A stretch of DNA of 60,740 nucleotides from a bacterium (GTDB lineage: Bacteria > Hydrothermota > UBA3073 > JACQXS01). Where the stretch lies: NCBI GenBank assembly GCA_030605695.1, contig JAUWHX010000013.1, positions 1-60,740 of the forward strand, in the 5' to 3' direction. The translations under genes and the position numbers were made by a program. The notes beneath the pieces were generated by a model that was given only the letters and a program-made list of their open reading frames with translations, made no database searches and was not told the origin of the DNA. Below are positions 26,708 through 34,210 of the stretch, piece by piece; the stretch's first letter is position 1; each line of letters begins with the position of its first letter.

Positions 26708-28021
26708 ATGAAGAAAGGATTGTTTTTCTTTATGTGTGTTTCTTTAGTTGTTCCTGGAGTCTGCAAAAGTGGTTCTAATTGCTGGGTTGCTAATTATGGT
26801 GATTCTACAGTTGTGAAGCTCAGAGCAACTGGAACGAGACTTTGCGAACTTGATGCAGTAGGATTAAGTTTAGAGCCAACGTCATTAGATATAGATCTTC
26901 AAACTGGATGGTGCTGGGAAGCAAGCACTTATATGAATAGAACCCACAGAATTTCCCCTGATTGTGATAGTGTTAAGGAACATACTTTCGCAAATGCGAA
27001 TCCATCTACTCCCTGTGTAGATGGAAATGGATATTGCTGGTATGTTTTTATGTACACCAAAAAGTTAGTGAAGGTTGACGAAAACTTTGCTATAATTAAG
27101 GAAATACCTGACCCCGGCCTCGGCATGTTTGTTTTTCCCACTGCCGCTGCTATAGACCTTGGAGAGCAAGCTCTTTGGGTGACTGAAAATGACCAAATGG
27201 AGGGACAAGGATCTATATCAAAGTTTTTATGCTCCGGGACCACTTATCAATTCAGAAAATCTGGATTTAAGGTATCTTACTTAGATGTTGACCAAGCCAC
27301 TCATTACTGCTGGGTAGCTGACAATGGAAATAATCAAGTAGCAAAAATCTCCTCAGACGGAAACACAATAACAAGATTTGATGGATTCAACGCACCTTCC
27401 TGTGTATCAGTTGACCCATATACCCATTGCTGTTGGGTTGCTGATGAATTAAATAATAGAGTAGTGAAACTTTCAGAAGCAGGAGTAGAACTTTGTGTGT
27501 CAACTGATTTTAACCATCCTTTTGCAGTAGCAGCGGACCCACTGGACCACGGCTGTTGGGTTTCTGACAAAGGTAATAACAGAGTAGTAAAACTTGATGC
27601 TGACTGTGGGACTTCATTTACAGTTCCAGGATTCCTTAAACCAGCTGGACTTGCTATAGATACTATTGCAGTTGGAATTGAAGAATCTGAAAGGATTACA
27701 CCAAATAGTTTTTCTCTCTTACAGAATTATCCTAATCCATTTACTCAAAAAACTGTTATAGAGTTTACCGTTCACGGGTCACAGTTCACAGACAAAAACC
27801 GCCAACCGTTAACTATCAACTGTCAACTCAGAATTTATGATTTGACGGGGCAACTGGTCAAAACCCTTTTTGACTCTCAACTCTCAACTCTTAACTCTCA
27901 ACTTTCTGTAAGCTGGGATGGGAAAGATGAATCTGGCAAGAAAGTAGCAAGTGGAATTTATTTCTATAAATTAGGGACAGATAACTATACAGCAACAAAG
28001 AAGATGCATTTGATAAGGTAA
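26708..28021 (+). CDS. secreted NHL/beta-propeller repeat protein with T9SS C-terminal sorting domain
   Basis: Repeated CWV(A/S)D.GNN.V.K motifs and a YPNPF...IYDLTGQLV...WDGKDESGKKVASGIYFYKL C-terminus. Confidence 0.75.
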   Translation: MKKGLFFFMCVSLVVPGVCKSGSNCWVANYGDSTVVKLRATGTRLCELDAVGLSLEPTSLDIDLQTGWCWEASTYMNRTHRISPDCDSVKEHTFANANPSTPCVDGNGYCWYVFMYTKKLVKVDENFAIIKEIPDPGLGMFVFPTAAAIDLGEQALWVTENDQMEGQGSISKFLCSGTTYQFRKSGFKVSYLDVDQATHYCWVADNGNNQVAKISSDGNTITRFDGFNAPSCVSVDPYTHCCWVADELNNRVVKLSEAGVELCVSTDFNHPFAVAADPLDHGCWVSDKGNNRVVKLDADCGTSFTVPGFLKPAGLAIDTIAVGIEESERITPNSFSLLQNYPNPFTQKTVIEFTVHGSQFTDKNRQPLTINCQLRIYDLTGQLVKTLFDSQLSTLNSQLSVSWDGKDESGKKVASGIYFYKLGTDNYTATKKMHLIR

Positions 28022-28270
28022 TGCAGGCAAGAAAAAAGATTTAACCGCTCACAGAGTCTGCGACACGAAATCACGAGTGAACATAAATTATTACAAATTT
28101 GCCTCAGGCGGATAAAAATTTAAAAATTGCTTCTTTGTGCAAAAACTCCACTTTTGTCAATAATAGGAGCAACCTTCCTGTTGTGATAATAACCATTTTT
28201 ACAAAGAAATCAACAGAAAAGCTAAAAAGAAGCTTTACCTATGGAGCAAAATCCACAAATATAATGTTCC

Positions 28271-28339
28271 CAGCATATACAAAGTCTTGGCGAAGCAAAA
28301 ATTTGGGTAAGTGCCATAAGACACGAATCTTTTATGCTG
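28271..28339 (-). repeat. 3' stem-loop element (CAGCATA...TATGCTG family, copy 1)
   Basis: cagcata/tatgctg plus aaag/cttt with a 3-nt bulge. Directly 3' of the minus-strand gene ending at 28353. Relative at 41829-41878. Confidence 0.55.
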
Positions 28340-28352
28340 TGTTAGGCAAAGT

Positions 28353-30053
28353 TTACTGTGCAACTTCATAGACAATGAACTTCTCATTTTTATAAACAAT
28401 TGAAAAGTTCAAAGTGTCCCTTTCTTTGAACATAACCAGGAATGTTCTATGACCGTTTCTTGTCTCTTCATTTGCTATATTGACAAAGTCTGTCTCGGTA
28501 AGATTCTTGAAACCCTCTTTGAAAGCAGTTCCTTCTCTATAGCCCAACTTTTTCATTCGTCTAAACCACTCGTATCCAAAATTAGGATTAAAGTTCATTA
28601 AAGTACCATCTTTCCAATCACCATAGATTGTTCTTTCCGATTCAACCCTAAAGCCTTCAATAGTAGGTGGTACAATGTACATATCTTTAGGACTTGTGTT
28701 TTGCTTTGCCCATATCTGCACATCCAGCCATTTCCCTTCTTGTGCATTATCTATCAAGAAATTACCTTTTTTCAGATAAGCACCGCTACCCAAAACAAGC
28801 ACAATTACAACCAGACTTAAGACAAAGTACTTTGACAGCAAGAACTCTCGCCGATATACGAAATGATAGAATATCAGAAACACGGACAGAGCAAGAAAGA
28901 CTACATATGCATATTTCCACCCTGTCGCGCCATAAAAAATACCAATTGAGACAAAGGCAACTACTAACTTATTAAATATACTCTCTCTGAATTGGATTTC
29001 AGCAAAGAAGTAGTTAGAAAAATAAATCATCGCGAAGAATACAACAAATTGGGAGCTTCTAAGAAATTGAAAATTGAGCACTATGGATAAAGGTACAAAT
29101 TCTGAGAAGATTATGCCAGCTGCACACATTGTAAAGATTGTGGCTGTGAAGGTAACAACAATGCGATGATAATCGGGTTTTGGTCTATGTTTCCAGCTAA
29201 TAAAGAATACACATAAAAGCAACACAGTTTTAAAAAAGACATCTTTCTCCCAGGAAAAAGGAAAAATATGGCCAGGCGACCGTAATCTTAGTAACTCTAT
29301 CCATTTGGGATTGGCATAAAGCAAGTTCAAGGAAACAGGAGAGTGTAGCACTTTCCAAATCAGTATCGGGCTTGACGAGATTATGAGAACGGTAATACAC
29401 AGTAGAAATCTTCTGATGCCTATATCTCTTAAGTTAACAATGGAAGATACAAAGATGATTGCAATTACATAAACTGTAGTCATTGGATGAACAAGAAATC
29501 CAATCCCTTGTAGCAAAAATGAAAGCAAGTATTTTTTCTTGAAAAAGAGGTATATGGAAAAGAGAAGGATTGGGAGAGCTGCAACTCTTGTAATGAAAAT
29601 GCTATCCAGAGTAATTGCACCAGCAAGTGCTCTCTTGGAAAACAGAAGAAAGAACAATGAAAGAAATGCAACCCCTTTCTTTTTGAAAAGAGTTATAGTA
29701 ATCAGGTAAACCCCGAGAAATGTCATATAGATGGCTGTGAAGTAACTCAGAAAAAAGAGTGCAGGAATACTGATATTAAGATATTTGACCAAGAAGCCCA
29801 ATACGTTCCAAAGGTAAGTGTAATAGTAGGGCCTTTGTGTCAAGAGATAGTCGTTAGGGTACAAGTTATTGTTGATAAATGCTTTCAGGAAAGGAATTGT
29901 TATAGACTGATCAGACGTCCCGTACCAATATTGGTTTATACTTAACGTTGATACTATCGTGAAAACCAAAATGGTGAGAGCAACAACAAATACGGTTTTC
30001 CATCTGCTATCGCATTTCAGTCCGTCCATAGTCAGTGTTATTTTCTTGTGCAT
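28353..30053 (-). CDS. large polytopic membrane protein with C-terminal soluble domain (possibly polymerase or GT-C-like)
   Basis: 566 aa with about 13 hydrophobic segments. No motif I can name. Located in the polysaccharide gene neighbourhood. Confidence 0.5.
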   Translation of the reverse strand: MHKKITLTMDGLKCDSRWKTVFVVALTILVFTIVSTLSINQYWYGTSDQSITIPFLKAFINNNLYPNDYLLTQRPYYYTYLWNVLGFLVKYLNISIPALFFLSYFTAIYMTFLGVYLITITLFKKKGVAFLSLFFLLFSKRALAGAITLDSIFITRVAALPILLFSIYLFFKKKYLLSFLLQGIGFLVHPMTTVYVIAIIFVSSIVNLRDIGIRRFLLCITVLIISSSPILIWKVLHSPVSLNLLYANPKWIELLRLRSPGHIFPFSWEKDVFFKTVLLLCVFFISWKHRPKPDYHRIVVTFTATIFTMCAAGIIFSEFVPLSIVLNFQFLRSSQFVVFFAMIYFSNYFFAEIQFRESIFNKLVVAFVSIGIFYGATGWKYAYVVFLALSVFLIFYHFVYRREFLLSKYFVLSLVVIVLVLGSGAYLKKGNFLIDNAQEGKWLDVQIWAKQNTSPKDMYIVPPTIEGFRVESERTIYGDWKDGTLMNFNPNFGYEWFRRMKKLGYREGTAFKEGFKNLTETDFVNIANEETRNGHRTFLVMFKERDTLNFSIVYKNEKFIVYEVAQ

Positions 30054-30135
30054 AGTGAATTTTGCCTAACTTGTTTATATCCACAGCACGAAAATCTAAA
30101 ATTCGTGCTCATTGTTAATCGGTAGCGCAAAGTCT

Positions 30136-31083
30136 TTAAAGCTTTATCTCGGTTAAAATTTCCTTTGCTTCTTGTTTAACCTTTTTTACTTTTGGATTGT
30201 CTGGAAGGTTGAGGATTTCTTCGCATTGAGCTTTGCATCTTTGCGTTTCTCCAAGTTCTATATACGCATTAGCAAGTCCGAGTCTGCAATATCCAATATT
30301 ATAAAAATTCTCTGGTTGTCCGACAAGAGTCAACTCAAGCAACTTCTTATACTCATCCCTCGCAAGTTCCCATTTCCCCATTCCGCAATAACTCTTTACC
30401 CTAATCCACCTGAATGTGCGAGACTCTGGAAATTCTGTCACAAGTTGTGTTGCAACTTGAGATGCTTCGGCGAATCTCTCCTCCTCAATAAGAAGTGACG
30501 AGTAACAAGCAAGGGCAACAATCTTCAAATATTTCCCGTGCTCACAAGCCAATTTAATCTCACTCTCCCAATGTGAATCTTCAGTCCAGGGGATATAAGA
30601 GAACAACCTATGCTTAAAATAATCATATCCAGCAATTCCAATATATGCATCAAAAAGCGAAGAATCCATCTCAATAGCTTTGTGAAATTCCTTAATGCTC
30701 TTTACCACATCCTGAACTCCTGAGAATATATCTTTATGCTGAACTTTATAAAACGCACGAGCCCCATATCCTCCTGCTAACCATAAATGAACTAATGCAG
30801 AAGTATCGCAGGATGAGATTTTACGCTCTGACATCAACACAGTGGTATCAGAGTAAGCGAAGAACTTTTCTTCTAAGCTGTCTGTGGAAAAATCAGCCAT
30901 ATATAAGCCATACAAAGAAGCAAGAAAAAGATAAGGAGCTGGGTCCTCTGGCTTAATTTCTATGGCTTTTCTAAAAATAGTTTCTGCTTCTTCATACTTC
31001 TCGGAATAAGAATAATGTATCCCTTGCTCAATGAGACTATCAAACTGCACATCCGCAGAGAGAAGAAGAAACAAGAATATCAT
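30136..31083 (-). CDS. TPR-repeat protein with signal peptide
   Basis: TPR-like helices. Start set at ATG (MIFLFLLLSA) rather than the TTG at 31092. Confidence 0.6.
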   Translation of the reverse strand: MIFLFLLLSADVQFDSLIEQGIHYSYSEKYEEAETIFRKAIEIKPEDPAPYLFLASLYGLYMADFSTDSLEEKFFAYSDTTVLMSERKISSCDTSALVHLWLAGGYGARAFYKVQHKDIFSGVQDVVKSIKEFHKAIEMDSSLFDAYIGIAGYDYFKHRLFSYIPWTEDSHWESEIKLACEHGKYLKIVALACYSSLLIEEERFAEASQVATQLVTEFPESRTFRWIRVKSYCGMGKWELARDEYKKLLELTLVGQPENFYNIGYCRLGLANAYIELGETQRCKAQCEEILNLPDNPKVKKVKQEAKEILTEIKL

Positions 31084-31122
31084 ACGATTCAATCAACCAC
31101 AGAGGCACAGAAAAATTATATA

Positions 31123-31209
31123 GAGATTAGTAGAAACTTATGGAAATTCGTAGAAATTCATTGTTGCTACAAATTTCTATTAATTTCTATAAATCTCCAC
31201 TAATTTCTA
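31123..31209. repeat. TAGAAAT/ATTTCTA-word inverted repeat (hairpin family A, copy 2)
   Basis: Shares long stretches with 5323-5420, in the same orientation. Confidence 0.7.
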
Positions 31210-31272
31210 ATATTGTTGAATAAAAAGCATAAACATTGTAATCTGTAGTTCGTATTAAAAGTCTTTTTCTTA

Positions 31273-32184
31273 TCATACAATCTTTGGGTATATTATATTG
31301 AATCGCCGTTTGTAATAAATTCTCATACTCAAGAAAACTAAAGCAAGAAGTGGGATGAACCACCAGAATTTAATTCCCACAAGGAGCACAAGAATCGGTG
31401 CCCCAACTCTTATTGAGATAAAGCAAGCTTTTAAATTATGCTTCACAGCCGCCCATACAAAGAGCGGAATCGCCACCAGAGACGCTGTTCCACATATCCA
31501 GTCTCGCAAGTAAATCGATAGCACAAGTGAGATGAGAATAAAAATCGTTGACAGCCAATAAGCTCTTTGCTCTCCCAAGAATATTCCTGTGGTGATTTCG
31601 TTTGCCTGTTTATCGCCTTTAATATCGGGGATTGTTGTGTTTATAAAGACTCCTCCGACAGCAAAGAAATAAGGCAGGGCATAAAGAAGAGTAGTTTTGG
31701 AGAATGGATTAGCAGTTGCCCAGCCAAGCGAGAAAGCAAGTATCCCATACCCTACGGAATTTGACAACAGGTCAAGTATCGGTCTTCCCTTGAAATTAAA
31801 TGGCGGGGCGGAATATAAAATCCCAAGGAGCATAGACAGCAATAGAATAACCCTGAATTCTACGGAAAACGAAATAGCTGATATCCAGGCAATTCCAAAA
31901 AGAGCACTAAACTCTATCCATGCGTGCGATATTTTGATATAGCCCTCAGGCAACAGGTAAAGTTTCTTGTTCACTCTATCGGACTCGATGTCCACGATTT
32001 GATTCAAGATATAAACTCCTCCCATAAGCAGAGTGTATAATACAAAGGCATCCGCAAAATGCAGAGCCGAAGCTTGCCCGCCTGATAACACTTTCCCTCT
32101 ATAAGCCCCAAGCAAGAAGAATGTCCACACAGGCACCCAAAGCGTGGGCCTCAATAGAAATATATAATCAAAAAGGTGTATCAT
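31273..32184 (-). CDS. UbiA-family aromatic/isoprenoid prenyltransferase
   Basis: NQIVDIESD (NxxxDxxxD) and DIKGD motifs, about 8 TM helices, 303 aa. Confidence 0.8.
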   Translation of the reverse strand: MIHLFDYIFLLRPTLWVPVWTFFLLGAYRGKVLSGGQASALHFADAFVLYTLLMGGVYILNQIVDIESDRVNKKLYLLPEGYIKISHAWIEFSALFGIAWISAISFSVEFRVILLLSMLLGILYSAPPFNFKGRPILDLLSNSVGYGILAFSLGWATANPFSKTTLLYALPYFFAVGGVFINTTIPDIKGDKQANEITTGIFLGEQRAYWLSTIFILISLVLSIYLRDWICGTASLVAIPLFVWAAVKHNLKACFISIRVGAPILVLLVGIKFWWFIPLLALVFLSMRIYYKRRFNIIYPKIV

Positions 32185-32230
32185 TTTTTGCCTTTAACCG
32201 CTGATGTCGCAGATACCGCAGATTATTTAT

Positions 32231-32292
32231 CAGACAGAGACAGAGATTTGAGACAGAGTTTCTTCTATCTCTATCTCTATACTCTATCTCTA
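32231..32292 (-). other. purine-arm/pyrimidine-arm hairpin whose mismatches become G-U pairs only in minus-strand RNA
   Basis: gagacagag/ctctatctc and cagagacagag/ctctatctcta pair with C-A mismatches on the plus strand, which are G-U pairs on the minus transcript. Confidence 0.45.
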
Positions 32293-32937
32293 ACTCACCG
32301 TAGCTCTTGCAACCTGGCTAAACAATCCCACTCGCATCTTCTTGTCAAACCATTGCGCCCGATATTCCAGCGCCTCGCCCAAATCAATATCGTGTCTATA
32401 AGGGCTATTAGTGTCATCGCCAACCCACTTCCACTCGCCTCCTCCAACACGATACCAGATTTTCGCCCCTGCTATATTCTCCGGCTTCGCATTCCTCCGC
32501 TCATCTGACGGATTCACCCCAAAATGAATCGTAACCTGCCCCGGTTGTAAATCCAGCTTCAAAAGCGGTGGGTCTAATTCCATCACATATTCCGGCGACA
32601 CAGAAGTCGGCTTTGTATCTCGCACCGTGATGTCAAGAAGCTCTCGCTGGACGTCTGTCAAATCTGGAGTCGCCTGAAGCAGTTTCGTGGCTGTTCTTAT
32701 CAACTTATGGTCATTGGAGCGAGCTCCCTTCTTGGCTTCTATGTCAGCATGATATTGACTTTCTGATTGTTGACTTGCCCGATAGACGAGTTTCCATTCC
32801 GCATAAGCTGCGGTTATTTGGGCAACAAGGTTCTGCGGAAAGCCAACTGCATTAGCGATAGCAGGAAGCTTAAGAGCAAAGTTCTTAAACCACTCATCAA
32901 ACTCCGCATCCTTATACGGAATATAATGTTTTGCCAT
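32290..32937 (-). CDS. hypothetical protein, visibly more GC-rich than its surroundings
   Basis: 215 aa with a helical N-terminal half and a beta-rich C-terminal half (KIWYRVGGGEWKWVGDD...). Tightly packed behind the His/Cys-repeat ORF. Confidence 0.6.
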   Translation of the reverse strand: MAKHYIPYKDAEFDEWFKNFALKLPAIANAVGFPQNLVAQITAAYAEWKLVYRASQQSESQYHADIEAKKGARSNDHKLIRTATKLLQATPDLTDVQRELLDITVRDTKPTSVSPEYVMELDPPLLKLDLQPGQVTIHFGVNPSDERRNAKPENIAGAKIWYRVGGGEWKWVGDDTNSPYRHDIDLGEALEYRAQWFDKKMRVGLFSQVARATVS

Positions 32938-32939
32938 CT

Positions 32940-33443
32940 CTATCTCCTTTTATTCAAAAACTCTATTATCAACAGGGATTTCCAAGAGATTGAAAGAGAC
33001 TTTTTTATCTCTTGTTCTTTATATCTCTTAAGTTCTCTTTCCATCCCTGTCAGCATTTTTTCAAAAGACCTCTGTGAGCCGTTTATACATTCGTGTAATT
33101 CGCTTACACATCCGTGCAAGTCAGTTGCATATCTGTGTAATCTGTTTGCACATTCGTGTGAGTCAGTTACACATTCGTGTAAGTCGCTTGCACATCTGTG
33201 TAAGTCAGTTGCACACCCGTGTGAGTCGTTTGCACATTCGTGCGAGTCGCTTACACATCCGTGTAATCCGTTTACACATTCGTGTGAGTCGCTTACACAT
33301 TCGTGCAAGTCAGTTACACATCCGTGTGAGTCGTTCGCACATTCGTGTGAGCCAGTTACACATTTGTGGGAAAGGTCTCCTGACCTTGAGAATCGAGACC
33401 AGAGGTCTCTCCCACACTGCTTTGAACTCATTAAATCATTCAT
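32940..33443 (-). CDS. His/Cys-rich heptad-repeat protein: about 14 x (S/L)H(E/G)C(V/A)x(D/G)
   Basis: ATGA overlap with the upstream gene and a 2-nt gap to the downstream gene suggest real translation. Caveat: the repeat keeps several frames open on both strands. Confidence 0.5.
   Translation of the reverse strand: MNDLMSSKQCGRDLWSRFSRSGDLSHKCVTGSHECANDSHGCVTDLHECVSDSHECVNGLHGCVSDSHECANDSHGCATDLHRCASDLHECVTDSHECANRLHRYATDLHGCVSELHECINGSQRSFEKMLTGMERELKRYKEQEIKKSLSISWKSLLIIEFLNKRR
33063..33370. repeat. tandem array of about 14 x 21-nt units (TACACATTCGTGTGAGTCGCT consensus)
   Basis: Units hand-indexed every 21 nt from 33084 to 33356, with degenerate ends. Each unit contains ACAC-N4-GTGT. 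Confidence 0.9.
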
Positions 33444-34165
33444 TCCTTTTTCTGCTTCCTTAATTCATTTGCCTTTTTATCAGCTTTATCTGCTTCCTCA
33501 TCCCGACCAAGCTCGCGAAGTACAGCACCTTTGAAACCCCATGCCACAGCATTTACATCATCTTCCTGCTCTAATTCTATTGCCTTCTCAACGACTTTAA
33601 GTGCTTCCTCATTCCGACCAAGACTGTAAAGTGCAACACCTTTGTAAAACCATGCATCAGCATAATTCTGATTTAATTCTATTGCCTTCTTATAATGTTC
33701 TATTGCCTTTTCATTATTCCCTTCCATAAATGATGCCTCTCCAAGTTTCACATAGTCAGAAGGGTCTCCGATGAGTTTTCCAGATTGTTTATCTGCTTCC
33801 TCTAACTTTTGAGCGACCAGTGTCGTAACCATTTTATCAACAGCACTAAGTTCCTTCTTTATCCCCTTTTCTATTCTTGTATCAATCATATCAGGTATCT
33901 TCGTTGCTTCCAATAATTCTGAACTAATTCTCTTTACATCTTCTTCAGTTAAGTTGGGGTTATCTAATTTATCGAGTGATTTTAATTGTGGGTAAATTAT
34001 AAACAGCTTATCTACTACTTTTTCCACTCCTACCAGTTTTTCTTTGATATTTTCTTCTTCCTTTTTCTTCTCTTTTGTTTTTCCTGCATGGTAAATACGA
34101 TACATTACAATTATACCTACTATAGCAATAAGTGATGGTCCCCACTCTGCAAGAAACTCTCCCAT
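33440..34165 (-). CDS. N-terminally anchored TPR-repeat protein
   Basis: One TM (LIAIVGIIVMY), a charged linker, and about 3 TPR motifs (AIEHYKKAIELNQNYADAWFYKG...). Confidence 0.65.
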   Translation of the reverse strand: MGEFLAEWGPSLIAIVGIIVMYRIYHAGKTKEKKKEEENIKEKLVGVEKVVDKLFIIYPQLKSLDKLDNPNLTEEDVKRISSELLEATKIPDMIDTRIEKGIKKELSAVDKMVTTLVAQKLEEADKQSGKLIGDPSDYVKLGEASFMEGNNEKAIEHYKKAIELNQNYADAWFYKGVALYSLGRNEEALKVVEKAIELEQEDDVNAVAWGFKGAVLRELGRDEEADKADKKANELRKQKKE

Positions 34166-34200
34166 AGTTTATAGATATGTCATTGCTTTTATTTTGTCAA
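34163..34200 (-). promoter_or_regulatory. putative leaderless promoter of the TPR / HisCys-repeat / 215-aa cassette
   Basis: TTGACA(34195-34200)-17-TATCTA(34172-34177)-6-ATG. Confidence 0.45.
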
Positions 34201-34210
34201 GGGAAAGATA

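Noticed and set aside
28099-28371. 90-aa ORF in the 330-nt gap between convergent genes; also considered a pseudogene remnant or ncRNA.
   Set aside because: It has no RBS or promoter and unremarkable composition. The only structured parts are repeat-family members (28043-28065 and 28271-28339). I could not support any specific RNA class.
33063-33370. Regularly spaced 21-nt repeats here, at 19461-19607 and at 41722-41805, considered as CRISPR arrays.
   Set aside because: The units are directly abutting with no unique spacers, the repeats are shorter than CRISPR repeats, and there are no cas genes in the window.
32767-33534. Plus-strand ORFs 32767-33534 (255 aa) and 33074-33463 (129 aa) across the tandem array.
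   Set aside because: They stay open only because the 21-nt unit lacks stops in several frames. They run antisense to three tightly coupled minus-strand genes and have no start or RBS context.
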